Shown here: positions 25,921 through 35,493 of the stretch, one piece after another
How the letters are laid out: every line of letters begins with the position of its first letter
Position numbering within the stretch: the stretch's first letter is position 1
Assembly (NCBI GenBank): GCA_016282375.1
Contig: JAEEKI010000019.1
Coordinates: forward strand, 79,186 to 143,185
Reading direction: 5' to 3'
Length of the DNA stretch: 64,000 nucleotides
Origin: Bacillales bacterium
GTDB taxonomy: Bacteria > Bacillota_I > Bacilli_A > RF39 > UBA660
Notes under the pieces: generated by a model
Told to the model about the DNA's origin: nothing
Seen by the model: only the letters and a program-made list of their open reading frames with translations
Database searches by the model: none
Translations under genes and position numbers: made by a program

Positions 25921-27942
25921 ATGAATAATAAAAGTGCATTTTTGGAAAGTATAATAATAATTATCATTTTTTTAGGAGTTATTTTTATATTTCTATATTT
26001 CTATATCTGGCCAGATTTGAAAACCCAAAACTTATTAACAAATGCATGTAATGCAGCGAATGGTGAAGAATATAGCAAGATTAATGCTGATGGTTCACAA
26101 ATCCAATGTACTAATAATATTTGCAGTTACATTGACAAAAACGATAAAAAAACCAAAAAAACTTGTAATTACGATCATAGAAATAATAATAGTAACAAAA
26201 CTCCTCAAATCATAATTAATGGAGATAATACAGAAAATAATAATGGATCAAACAACAACAACAATAATAGTAATAATGGTAATACTACTAACAACAGTAA
26301 TGGTAATGAAACTAATCAAAATAGTAACAATAATCAAAACAATAATAACTTAAAGCCATCCAATACCACGCCTTCAACACCGTCAAATACTACACCTTCA
26401 TCACCATCGAATACTACACCTTCCTCACCGTCGAATACCACGCCTTCGACACCATCAAACACTACTCCATCTAATCCTACTCAATCGACTAAAACAGTCA
26501 GAGAAAGGATTCAGACAGCTTATTTCAAGGCATCTTCTAAAGGAAATGGTTCTGTAACTCTAAATAATTTAAAAAGTGAATTAAAGTCAATTTTTGGCAA
26601 CGAAGGAACAGGATATAAAATTATTGATAATGGACTTTCTTGGCTTATCGAAATTCTTCAAGAAAATGCCATTGAAATCATTAACAGAAGCGGAAATTTT
26701 GAAGATTACATTATTCCCGAAAGAGACTGTGGTGCCGTAGGAAATGGTATTGCAGATGATACACAAGCCTTTCAAACATGCTTAAATTCCAATGTTAAAA
26801 ATGTCGTCTTAACTGGCACTTATTTACTTACCAATACTGTGTCAACTTCCAAAGATAAAAGATTTTTTAAAGGTACCATAAAATGTGAAACTGATCAACC
26901 TAGAACCATTCGTTTTAATGGCAATGTAAGATTTAATAACACCTCTTTTACAAGCAGTCGAGTTACTACTGGTATTAGTCCTCATAAAGAAATATATCAA
27001 AGAACCAGTAATTTAGATTTTGTAGAAGTTTGGGGACCAGAATCATACTTTATTGATTGTCGATTTGAAAATGCTTTAAGAGCTATCAGAGGTAGAATAT
27101 CAACCGGTGCTACAGTTGTACCTGAAAAACTATATGTTTCGGGATCAGAATTTATTGATTGTAAAGCCCCTATCCAAGGATTCTTTGCAATTGCTAATGT
27201 AGAAAATTCCATTTTTAGAAATAATGGTGATCTTTACGGTGGTGATCATGCCATCTATATCGAATCATTTGGTTCAAAAGAACTTAATGTCAAAAATTGT
27301 ACAGTTGAAACATATAACACCGATTCGGGAGCAGCTTTTCAAATATATAATAAAAAAGAAAATCAAGCAAACACTCCTAAAATAACAGTTACTAATACAC
27401 AAGTTGTTGCAAATGGCATTGTTTCTAGCGACCTAGCAAATGTTACAATTACTAATACTAGTTTTACTGCACAACATCAAGAACGTTATGTAGTAAATAT
27501 TGAAAGTGGTAGTGTAAACATAACCGGTTCTAATTTTACACACGAATTTTTCTTTCCTAATCGCCCTTCTGTTACAGTCACCGCCAGTAATTCAGTATTC
27601 AAGCGTAATAAGTATAATGGAGCATCACGTATTTACTTACCAGCAGAATGTTCCAACTGTCGATTTGTCAACTGGGGAGGAACTGCTATTTATCCTAGCA
27701 CGACCATCGAAAACAGCACATTTACTAAAGATGCTGACCATGTCATAGGAAACTACTACGTACAAGTAGGAACAGGTGGACTTTTAACGATTAAAAACTC
27801 TGCCTTCAAAGCTGGTGATAGTATAGCTTACAAATCACCAGGAACTCTTCATTTAATTGGTTGTCACTTTGTTAATAATATTGGACAAGAACTCGGAACA
27901 GTTATTGAAGAAGGCACCATTCATGAAGATATTGTTAATTAA
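25921..27942 (+). CDS. membrane-anchored surface protein with Asn-rich/PSNTTPS-repeat linker and right-handed beta-helix (pectate-lyase-3-like) domain
   Basis: N-terminal TM helix, a Cys motif, poly-N and five PSNTTPSx repeats. Then RDCGAVGNGIADDTQAFQTCL, typical of the N-cap of pectate_lyase_3/tailspike-like beta-helices, followed by repetitive N/T/S-rich beta-strand turns. Confidence 0.7.
   Translation: MNNKSAFLESIIIIIIFLGVIFIFLYFYIWPDLKTQNLLTNACNAANGEEYSKINADGSQIQCTNNICSYIDKNDKKTKKTCNYDHRNNNSNKTPQIIINGDNTENNNGSNNNNNNSNNGNTTNNSNGNETNQNSNNNQNNNNLKPSNTTPSTPSNTTPSSPSNTTPSSPSNTTPSTPSNTTPSNPTQSTKTVRERIQTAYFKASSKGNGSVTLNNLKSELKSIFGNEGTGYKIIDNGLSWLIEILQENAIEIINRSGNFEDYIIPERDCGAVGNGIADDTQAFQTCLNSNVKNVVLTGTYLLTNTVSTSKDKRFFKGTIKCETDQPRTIRFNGNVRFNNTSFTSSRVTTGISPHKEIYQRTSNLDFVEVWGPESYFIDCRFENALRAIRGRISTGATVVPEKLYVSGSEFIDCKAPIQGFFAIANVENSIFRNNGDLYGGDHAIYIESFGSKELNVKNCTVETYNTDSGAAFQIYNKKENQANTPKITVTNTQVVANGIVSSDLANVTITNTSFTAQHQERYVVNIESGSVNITGSNFTHEFFFPNRPSVTVTASNSVFKRNKYNGASRIYLPAECSNCRFVNWGGTAIYPSTTIENSTFTKDADHVIGNYYVQVGTGGLLTIKNSAFKAGDSIAYKSPGTLHLIGCHFVNNIGQELGTVIEEGTIHEDIVN
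26356..26478 (+). repeat. in-frame 24-nt tandem repeat (5 copies, PSNTTPS[T/S])
   Basis: CCATCCAATACCACGCCTTCAACA and four degenerate copies read directly. Preceded by an AAT/AAC-rich tract (~26236-26350). Confidence 0.85.
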
Positions 27943-27982
27943 AAAAAGATGATTGAATTCAATGATTCAAATCATCTTTTTT
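27941..27982. terminator. bidirectional terminator
   Basis: Long hairpin AAAGATGATT...AATCATCTTT with inner GAAT/ATTC pairing, flanked by A7 and T6 runs, between convergent genes. Confidence 0.8.
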
Positions 27983-28193
27983 AATTATTAACGAAATTAT
28001 TTAATAATTGCTCAATAACTTCCGGTTCTACGATTTCTTCTAAACCACTACTGTCATAACGACAAAACATAGTATTAGTATAATCCTCTTGATCAACTAG
28101 AAAAGCATAGTTATTAGCATTTAATATTGTTACATACGCTACTGAATAATTTTTGTCATCATCTAAAGTTAAAACATCGCCTTGCTTTATCAT
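27981..28193 (-). CDS. small acidic protein (DUF1292-like, tentative)
   Basis: 70 aa with the pattern ...LTLDDDKNYSVAYVTILNANNYAFLV...EEIVEPEVIEQLL. The start overlaps the upstream stop by 4 nt. Confidence 0.45.
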   Translation of the reverse strand: MIKQGDVLTLDDDKNYSVAYVTILNANNYAFLVDQEDYTNTMFCRYDSSGLEEIVEPEVIEQLLNNFVNN

Positions 28194-28672
28194 AACTTTT
28201 TTTCTCCTTCTAAACCAATATATTGCAATAAACTTCTAAATTGTTCTTGAGCATTTTTTAATTTAACTGAATCAATCAAATACTTAGAAACAAATCCAAG
28301 TGCTCCTGCCGATAGCAACGTTGTCACAGGTCCAATATCTTTAATATATTGACCTACAACATTTAGAGAATAAATGGCATCTAACTCATTACTGACTACT
28401 TGTGTTGTGTCTTGATTATAGAAATATGCCGCAGCAGCTGCTCCTAAAATACATATACCCGCCATAACTGCCGAATGGTTTTTACTCTTTTCATAATCAT
28501 TCATATCTCTACGGATACTAGCAATAGTAAACTTACGTCCTGTTTTACCTCTTTTTTGTAATTCAACAGGCATATCATTAACATTATTTTCTAAAGTTGT
28601 CTTTGCTGGCACTTCATTTTTAGCTTTTTCAGCTATTGAAAAAACATCATTAAAATTAAAATCGTCGTTCAT
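28190..28672 (-). CDS. hypothetical membrane protein
   Basis: 160 aa with two hydrophobic segments (AVMAGICILGAAAAAYFY; LLSAGALGFVSKYLI). Confidence 0.5.
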   Translation of the reverse strand: MNDDFNFNDVFSIAEKAKNEVPAKTTLENNVNDMPVELQKRGKTGRKFTIASIRRDMNDYEKSKNHSAVMAGICILGAAAAAYFYNQDTTQVVSNELDAIYSLNVVGQYIKDIGPVTTLLSAGALGFVSKYLIDSVKLKNAQEQFRSLLQYIGLEGEKKL

Positions 28673-28710
28673 CTTTCTTCTCTCCTATTATTAATATTAT
28701 ATCATATTTT

Positions 28711-29292
28711 TTATTGTTCATATTCCCAATTAATAGAATATTTACTAGCACTTAATCCACTTAATTGATTAATATTCTCTTCAATGATTATTTTAGCTCT
28801 TTGTTGCGCAATAGCAAGTAATTCTTCATCTTTAGATGCCGTCAGTTTCATTTCACTTTGAGCATTGTCAAAAGCCTCTAAACAATCATCAGCGGTAATG
28901 GGATTAGCATTTATCCAACTATCTTTTGACTCAATGAAATTTTCTGACTTAAAATCATCTTTGTCAACATTCGGCTCACCGATAATTGTTGCTTTGGGAA
29001 TGAACACATTTATTTCGTTACCCTTCACATCAATTATTACACGTGATAAATTAATACCATATTTTATTGTTCCTGTATATTCTGCAAATAATTTGCGATC
29101 TTTTTCTAATAAATGTGTAATTCCAGAACCCCGTTCCTTAGTAAGTTCAATAACATTATGATAATATGCTTGATAAGTAACCAAATTACCTGTTAATTCA
29201 ATTCTTTTTAAATTTTCTGCTAACACAAAAGACTTTGTTTGACATCCTGTTAAACATAGTATGATACCAATAATTATTAATCCTTTTTTCAT
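28711..29292 (-). CDS. lipoprotein, DUF4230-like
   Basis: Lipobox LCLTGCQ. Shares the block P(K/E)ATIIGEPN with its upstream neighbour. Confidence 0.55.
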   Translation of the reverse strand: MKKGLIIIGIILCLTGCQTKSFVLAENLKRIELTGNLVTYQAYYHNVIELTKERGSGITHLLEKDRKLFAEYTGTIKYGINLSRVIIDVKGNEINVFIPKATIIGEPNVDKDDFKSENFIESKDSWINANPITADDCLEAFDNAQSEMKLTASKDEELLAIAQQRAKIIIEENINQLSGLSASKYSINWEYEQ

Positions 29293-29305
29293 CAGCTATA
29301 CCACC

Positions 29306-29902
29306 CTATTTAACTTCCACACTATATGAAGCATCATATGATTTAATCCATTGCTTGTAGAATGATTCTAATACTACTCTAGATTGTTCTTTAGCCGCAG
29401 GTATCAACTTCTCATCATTCTCGCTTTTTTCTTTTGTTGTTTCTTGACATAATTTCCGTGCATTCGGAGTTTCTGATGCTGCTAGTTCGTTACCATTTAA
29501 TAATTTAATAGATAAGATATTTGGTTCGCCAATAATCGTAGCTTCTGGCATCGTTACCAGAATTTTTTTGTTTTTAGTATCTACATCTACTTGTACTTGT
29601 TGAAAATCAATGCCTGCTGTAATCGTACCTTTACATGAAGCAACATAACTAAAATCATCGATATTATTTGATGTTTTATCACAATTACTCTCATCTTTAC
29701 ATTTTTTAGCTATAACATTATAAGTAATATTAATGGTCTCTAAATCACTTTTCTCAACAACCTTTTCTAAAGTACTCTTAACTTTTATTTTCATCTTAAT
29801 TTCCTTTTTAGGCATCAACAAAACGACCAAAACTAAAACAATTATTACAATCAACGGGATTTTGATTTTAATAACTCTTTTTTTACTCTTACTTTCTTCC
29901 AT
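29306..29902 (-). CDS. membrane-anchored DUF4230-like paralogue
   Basis: N-terminal TM helix. MPEATIIGEPNILS parallels IPKATIIGEPNVDK of 28711..29292. Confidence 0.55.
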   Translation of the reverse strand: MEESKSKKRVIKIKIPLIVIIVLVLVVLLMPKKEIKMKIKVKSTLEKVVEKSDLETINITYNVIAKKCKDESNCDKTSNNIDDFSYVASCKGTITAGIDFQQVQVDVDTKNKKILVTMPEATIIGEPNILSIKLLNGNELAASETPNARKLCQETTKEKSENDEKLIPAAKEQSRVVLESFYKQWIKSYDASYSVEVK

Positions 29903-30012
29903 ACTACTACTCCTTAATAAACATAACCACGCAAGTAAAAATATCTATTCTATGTTAATTATAACACAAAAAAAGAAGAAACCAATCTTCTTTTATAAAA
30001 TCTGATATTTAT

Positions 30013-30357
30013 CTATTGTCTTTGACCACAATACTTACAAAATCTAGAATCCTTGTCAATTATTCTACTGCAATGCTTACAATAAATTGTCTTACTCACC
30101 ATACTATCGCTATATTCATCATACATATTTGTATTATCACTAAAAACGGAGTCTTTGGCAAAATTTCCCATCTCTTTAGCTAGTTGTTCTAATTCTCCTC
30201 TGGAACCATTGACATCTTTCATCATCATTCTTAATCTTTTGCCCAATATTTTTGTACGTGTTTTGGCACTTTTGATAAAAATAATAAAAGCAATAAAAAA
30301 GATAAGACATCCAACGAAAGGAATCATAAGTGCCGCTAGTATAAAATTCGAACTCAT
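30013..30357 (-). CDS. membrane-anchored zinc-ribbon protein
   Basis: N-terminal TM helix. C-terminal CKHCSRIIDKDSRFCKYCGQ (CxxC-x11-CxxC). Confidence 0.55.
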   Translation of the reverse strand: MSSNFILAALMIPFVGCLIFFIAFIIFIKSAKTRTKILGKRLRMMMKDVNGSRGELEQLAKEMGNFAKDSVFSDNTNMYDEYSDSMVSKTIYCKHCSRIIDKDSRFCKYCGQRQ

Positions 30358-30391
30358 TTATTAATACACACTCCTCATTTAAATAATACCA

Positions 30392-31333
30392 CTATTTTTC
30401 ATTTTTTTTAAGAATCACATCAATTATTTTTTGCATATCTTCTTCTGCTACATTACTAGCTGCAGCATAATCGTGACCTTTACCACCAAATTCTTCAGCA
30501 ATGACACGAACATTAACATCAGGCTTGATATTACGATAAGAAATTCTTTTTGATTCTAAACATACTAACATAACAAAATCTAGTTTACTATTATGATCAC
30601 GCAGATATTGCGTAATTTCATTACGATATTCGCTAGGAACAAAAACAATCCCAGCATTGTAATTCATTACTTTACATTCGTATACGTTCTCAGCATAATA
30701 TTCAACTTTCTCAATAGTTCGCTTTTCTTTATACTTAATTAGTAACGCTTCTTGTTCATCAAAAGCGAAATGCAGTGAATCTTTGCTAAGTTTTTCAGCA
30801 ACACGACTGATATAATCATCTTTACCTAACACATTAAATAAAGTATTTAATTGATTGGCTTCATTATCATTATATCTATTTTTCCATTCCCAAGTATCAT
30901 ACTTTCTAGTTAACTCAACAAACTTATATATACCTTTTGCCCTATCAACATAATTATTACTCAATAAGAATTCATAAAAAATACTTGTTCCACAACATCT
31001 ACCATATTCATCAGAAATCTTAATCTTGGTAAAAGGATAACGATCATAAGATTCCTCAATCGCAGATTTATGATGATCAAAGACATAAAACTTACCATTT
31101 AACTCTCGATCATTAGCTACTTTAGTCAGCATTGGATCACTTAACCACATATCTGTTACAAACACCATATTATATTGATGAATTCGATTATCATCATAAA
31201 GACTTTGAATCAAATCAGGTAATTTAGGTGTATCAGTCAAAAGATAATCCACTTCTTCAAAAGCTAGTTTAGCTAAAACAACACTCCCCATACCATCTAT
31301 ATCTGATTCATGCGAAATAATTAATACTTTCAT
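30392..31333 (-). CDS. DHH/DHHA1-family phosphoesterase
   Basis: Motifs SHESDIDGMGS, FDHHKS and GGKGHDYAAA. Confidence 0.8.
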   Translation of the reverse strand: MKVLIISHESDIDGMGSVVLAKLAFEEVDYLLTDTPKLPDLIQSLYDDNRIHQYNMVFVTDMWLSDPMLTKVANDRELNGKFYVFDHHKSAIEESYDRYPFTKIKISDEYGRCCGTSIFYEFLLSNNYVDRAKGIYKFVELTRKYDTWEWKNRYNDNEANQLNTLFNVLGKDDYISRVAEKLSKDSLHFAFDEQEALLIKYKEKRTIEKVEYYAENVYECKVMNYNAGIVFVPSEYRNEITQYLRDHNSKLDFVMLVCLESKRISYRNIKPDVNVRVIAEEFGGKGHDYAAASNVAEEDMQKIIDVILKKNEK

Positions 31334-31414
31334 TTTATCACCAATAACTATTCTATCATAAAAAGACTATGATGATTAATTATTTACATGTTATAATATT
31401 AATAAGGTGAAGTA

Positions 31415-32611
31415 ATGAAAAAAATAATCCTCTTTTTATCCTTATTTCTTTTATGCAGTTGTACTGAAAAAATTGAAAATATCCAAGTTGAAACAGTAAA
31501 AACGACAACTGATGTTCTTCATGCCAAGCAACAAAAGTTTGAATATGGTGAACTTTACAAAATGGACGAATTATTTGACAATAATGATATTGCCTTTACA
31601 AAGAAATGGTTAGATGTTTCAAATCTAGGAAGTAATGTCATTGATATTGAATATACTCTAAATGGTGAAACTTACATTGAAAAATTTCCCTATGAAGTTA
31701 TTGATACAACTAGTCCTTTACTTTACATCAGTGGTTCATATACCATGTATGTTGATGATGAAGATGATTTAGTTAATCGTGTAATATGTGCTGATAATCA
31801 AGATCGTACACCTAATTGCTATATCGAAGGTGATTACGACTTACAAAAAGTTGGAACATATCCTTTAACATATGTTGGAATTGATAATCAAGGTAATAAA
31901 GAAACGGCTGATTTTAAATTAATTGTAAAAAGTAAAGATAGCAAACCCAAAGGCGGCTCTCAATCTAGCGGCTCTAACGGTATGACTCCCATTCAAAATA
32001 TTATTGATAAATATAAAACCGAAGAAACTATGATTGGTATTGATGTTTCCAAATATCAAGGTGATATTAATTGGCAAGAAGTTAAAAATGCGGGAGTCGA
32101 ATTTGCCATGATAAGACTTGGTCTAGGTTGGAATGAAGTTACTAAATATGATGAAAAATTTGTACAAAATATTGAAGGTGCTTTAGCAAATGACATTGAA
32201 GTGGGTATTTATTTTTATTCATATGCCACCACTTTAGAGGAAATTGAATTAGAAGCCAAATTTGTCTTAGACACTATCAAAGATTATAATGTTACTTTCC
32301 CTATTGCCTTTGACTGGGAGAACTTTACCGGTTGGAATGAATATGGAATAAGTTTATTTGATGTACGGAATATGAATAATACCTTTGCCGATTTTATGCA
32401 AGAAAAAAACTACCAAACAGTTCAATACGGTAGTAAAAATTCACTTCGTAATTTTTGGTCACCAATTAGAGATGATATCTGGTTAGCCTTTTATATCAAA
32501 GAAGGACAAACCCAAGATTTTGAAAAGCCTATCAAAATGTGGCAAATTTGTAATAACGGAAGAGTTCCTGGCATCAATGGTGATGTCGATATCGATATCT
32601 ACTATAAATAA
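31415..32611 (+). CDS. lipoprotein with Ig-like N-domain and GH25 muramidase domain
   Basis: Lipobox-like LFLLCSC. GH25 start GIDVSKYQGDINWQEVKNAGVEFAMIRLG, ending in DVDIDIYY. Confidence 0.85.
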   Translation: MKKIILFLSLFLLCSCTEKIENIQVETVKTTTDVLHAKQQKFEYGELYKMDELFDNNDIAFTKKWLDVSNLGSNVIDIEYTLNGETYIEKFPYEVIDTTSPLLYISGSYTMYVDDEDDLVNRVICADNQDRTPNCYIEGDYDLQKVGTYPLTYVGIDNQGNKETADFKLIVKSKDSKPKGGSQSSGSNGMTPIQNIIDKYKTEETMIGIDVSKYQGDINWQEVKNAGVEFAMIRLGLGWNEVTKYDEKFVQNIEGALANDIEVGIYFYSYATTLEEIELEAKFVLDTIKDYNVTFPIAFDWENFTGWNEYGISLFDVRNMNNTFADFMQEKNYQTVQYGSKNSLRNFWSPIRDDIWLAFYIKEGQTQDFEKPIKMWQICNNGRVPGINGDVDIDIYYK

Positions 32612-32612
32612 A

Positions 32613-33398
32613 TCATTTAGTATGAATATCAATTTGTGTGTATGGAATAGATATGTTTGCTTTATCAAGCATATCTTTTATTATGCAATTAGCTTTTCTT
32701 TTAGTAACTATTTTAGCATCCTTCTCAACCCATATTACTATCTTATAAATAATGGCCGAATCACCAAACTCATCAATACCCTTATATTCTGCATTAGCAA
32801 CATTTTCAATTTTTTTAATTTCACTAACTATGTCATTTAATGTCTTTTCAGCGTCTTGTAATGATAATTCATAAGGTAAAGGTATATTAATACCTACAGC
32901 ATTAGTCATAATAAGAGCCGAACTAATATTACGATTGGCAATTACTAATATTCTACTATCATTAATATCTTTTATTTTAGTAGTCTTTAATCCTAAAGAT
33001 ATAACTTTACCTTCCACATCATCAATTTTTATAACATCACCAACTGAAAAATAATCATCTAAAATAATATTAATTCCCATGATAATATCTTTTAAAGCAT
33101 CCTGTAAAGCAAGACCGACAATAACTGAAGCAATCCCCAGTCCTGCTACAACAGAAGTAATATTAATACCATTAATCTCTAAAATAGAAATAACTACCAA
33201 AAGAACTAAAATATACTTAATCATGTTTTTTAATAGATTAAAAAAAGTGGCTTTTCGTTTACTAAACTTATTTTGATTGTTACTAATATGTTTATTAATT
33301 AGTTTCCTAACAACATAATTGATTATTAACCCAATGACTATCACAATAATAGTCATATATGTTGACTTTTTTGTAAAAAAAAATAATACCTTATCCAT
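32613..33398 (-). CDS. small-conductance mechanosensitive channel (MscS family)
   Basis: Three TM helices, then VGDVIKIDDVEGKVISLGLKTTKIKD, the MscS beta-domain signature. See the note on the T-run at codons 6-8. Confidence 0.82.
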   Translation of the reverse strand: MDKVLFFFTKKSTYMTIIVIVIGLIINYVVRKLINKHISNNQNKFSKRKATFFNLLKNMIKYILVLLVVISILEINGINITSVVAGLGIASVIVGLALQDALKDIIMGINIILDDYFSVGDVIKIDDVEGKVISLGLKTTKIKDINDSRILVIANRNISSALIMTNAVGINIPLPYELSLQDAEKTLNDIVSEIKKIENVANAEYKGIDEFGDSAIIYKIVIWVEKDAKIVTKRKANCIIKDMLDKANISIPYTQIDIHTK

Positions 33399-33479
33399 AA
33401 CTTCACCTATCTCTATTTTACCATTATATTGAAAATAATGAATTATTTTTTTATGATATAATAATAATGGTGATAATTA

Positions 33480-33824
33480 ATGATAATAGAAAAAAATAAT
33501 GCTGAAATGGGAACAAATAATCCTATTTGTCAAACTATTGAATACTCTTTTGATGATAAAGATATTGATTTAGGTATTGCCACCATCAAAGGGCGATATC
33601 CAAAAGATGGTTATTGTTTAAACACCGTAAGTAAAGAATTAATATATGTTTTAGATGGTTCAGGAAAAATATATTTCAAAAATAAAGAGATTTCTTTTTC
33701 GGAAGGTGATGCCATTTTAATTCTTAATAATGAACCATATTACTGGGAAACATCTTATTGTAAAGTTGCTATGACATGTACTCCTGCTTGGAACAAAGAA
33801 CAATATAAAATAATCAAACAATAA
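33480..33824 (+). CDS. cupin-domain protein
   Basis: 114 aa with a beta-rich pattern KELIYVLDGSGKIYFKNKEISFSEGDAILI, typical of single-domain cupins. Confidence 0.55.
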   Translation: MIIEKNNAEMGTNNPICQTIEYSFDDKDIDLGIATIKGRYPKDGYCLNTVSKELIYVLDGSGKIYFKNKEISFSEGDAILILNNEPYYWETSYCKVAMTCTPAWNKEQYKIIKQ

Positions 33825-33840
33825 AAAACTAGTCATTAGA

Positions 33841-34404
33841 CTAGCTTTTTTGTTCAAGAAGACCTTTAACGATTTCTCTTAACTCATCTGCCGATTTTCT
33901 TAAATCCTCTTTAGGTTTATAAGGTTTACCAAATCTAACGATGATACCTTTTTTAAAAGGTTTATATTCTCCTACGGTGGCAAAAGGAATAATTACCGAA
34001 TTAGATTCTAAAGCCATTTTGATAACACCTTTTTTAAAGGGTAATAAACCTCGGCCTCTTTCTCTTGTACCTTCAGGATAGATTCCTATAATATTACCCT
34101 CTTTTAAGCATTTCACAGCACTACTATAAGCAGAAACATCTTTTCCATCTCTTTCTACCTTAATTAAACCCATATGATTAAAAATAAGTGCCTGTGGATA
34201 TTTAAACAAAGATGCCTTACCAAGAAAATGAACGGTTCTATTAGTCACACTCATAATTGTCGCAGGATCAACTAAATGAATATGATTACCTGCAAAAATG
34301 AACGGCCCAGATTTGGGAATATTCTCCGTTCCTTCATATTTTGGTCGGATATATATTTTAGTTATAAGTTTAACGATAGGCCGTAAAATCCTATATTTAA
34401 TCAT
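33841..34404 (-). CDS. PlsC/LPLAT-family acyltransferase (second copy, 187 aa)
   Basis: Motifs NHIHLVD (HX4D) and YPEGTRERG. Confidence 0.8.
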   Translation of the reverse strand: MIKYRILRPIVKLITKIYIRPKYEGTENIPKSGPFIFAGNHIHLVDPATIMSVTNRTVHFLGKASLFKYPQALIFNHMGLIKVERDGKDVSAYSSAVKCLKEGNIIGIYPEGTRERGRGLLPFKKGVIKMALESNSVIIPFATVGEYKPFKKGIIVRFGKPYKPKEDLRKSADELREIVKGLLEQKS

Positions 34405-34405
34405 A

Positions 34406-35287
34406 CTATCCTCTTAGTTCTTCATCAATTAATTCCAATAACTTTTTATTATAAAAGAACGTTAATGCTTTAGGTATAACTTTCATATCAAATCTTTTTG
34501 CTTTAAGAGCTTCACCATCTAAATTGCCTTCGATAGCACCATCAGAAATAATAGTAAAGTTATTTGCTCTAACATGTTCAACATACTTAGATTCTTTATG
34601 TTTTCCTTTTATTAATTTCAATAGATAACTAATAAGTTGTCGACGATTCGTAGCTGTGATGATATAGGCATCTAATAATCCATCATTATAGATTCCATCT
34701 TTATTAACATGAAATCCACCACCATAATATCCTCCGTTACAAACTGTTACTAAGGATAGTTTTTTAGTTTTAGACTCTTTATCCCATTTCATAGTTAATT
34801 CATAAGGTTTGTATAACAAAATATGTTTAGCAACACCAACATTATATTGCATTTTTCTTGGAATATACTTATTGTGAACAACCTTCTCATCATTCGCAAT
34901 ATCAGCATCAATACCAAAACATGCTACATTAACAAAATACTTATCATTACACTTTATTAAGTCGACATCATTATCTCCCTCTTCGAAAAATTCATTGATT
35001 GACCTATTAAAGTCATTTCCTGTTCCAGCAGGAATACAACCAATCTTATTCTTGGTTCCATAAATAGCATTAACAACTCTATTTAGAATTCCATCGCCAC
35101 CAACAGCATAAATAACATGATTAGTTTTCTTATAGTTATTTAAGATATCCTCCGTAGACTTCTTTTCATCGTTGACTTCAACTCTAAAATCTAATTTTAA
35201 TTTTTTGGCAGCTGAGGTAATTGCCTCAACATATTGGTCTAGTTTCTTTCGAACACTGTACCGATTAATCATAAAAATATACTTCAT
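34406..35287 (-). CDS. diacylglycerol/lipid kinase (DagK/YegS family)
   Basis: Motifs AVGGDGILNRVVN and PAGTGNDF. Start MKYIFMINR follows AGGAG. Confidence 0.85.
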   Translation of the reverse strand: MKYIFMINRYSVRKKLDQYVEAITSAAKKLKLDFRVEVNDEKKSTEDILNNYKKTNHVIYAVGGDGILNRVVNAIYGTKNKIGCIPAGTGNDFNRSINEFFEEGDNDVDLIKCNDKYFVNVACFGIDADIANDEKVVHNKYIPRKMQYNVGVAKHILLYKPYELTMKWDKESKTKKLSLVTVCNGGYYGGGFHVNKDGIYNDGLLDAYIITATNRRQLISYLLKLIKGKHKESKYVEHVRANNFTIISDGAIEGNLDGEALKAKRFDMKVIPKALTFFYNKKLLELIDEELRG

Positions 35288-35334
35288 ATAAACTCCTAAT
35301 CTAATCATAACATAAAACTATTAATTCACAAAAC

Positions 35335-35365
35335 AAAAAAAAGATGCAAAGCATCTTAATTTTTT
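35335..35365. terminator. bidirectional rho-independent terminator
   Basis: Stem AAGATGC/GCATCTT (35341-35357), flanked by an A-run and a T-run. Confidence 0.7.
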
Positions 35366-35493
35366 AACATGGGGCCATGATTTAACGTGTATACGAAAAA
35401 TTGGCACAAATCTATGAATTGAGTTTGACTCAATTACCTGAATAAAATATATCACATTATTTTGACATTTGTAAATAGTTATAAAATTACTAA

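Noticed and set aside
24371-27985. Possible tRNA-Gly-targeted genomic island carrying Fic and the beta-helix protein.
   Set aside because: There is no integrase, recombinase or other mobility gene. The only candidate att-like repeat I found is a 9-nt match to the tRNA 3' end (TGCTCCATT at 25801-25809), too short to mean anything in AT-rich DNA. I saw no obvious compositional break by eye. I kept it only as context in the Fic finding.
33375-33384. Homopolymer A/T run at codons 6-8 (FFF) of the MscS gene. By my manual count the run is 10 nt, which would put the ATG out of frame and suggest phase variation.
   Set aside because: The supplied ORF track translates straight through (MDKVLFFFTKK...), which requires 9 nt. 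Character-by-character counting of long homopolymers is the least reliable thing I can do here. I therefore treat this as my counting uncertainty, not as a frameshift. It is worth a glance in the raw reads.
35366-35493. ~130-nt gap between the 3-hydroxyacyl-CoA dehydrogenase stop and its terminator, containing a small hairpin (AATTGAGT/ACTCAATT at ~35419-35439). I considered it as an sRNA or riboswitch.
   Set aside because: I recognised no conserved riboswitch motif. The hairpin is short and AT-rich, and promoter-like hexamers here are expected by chance in this composition. It is most simply a 3' UTR.
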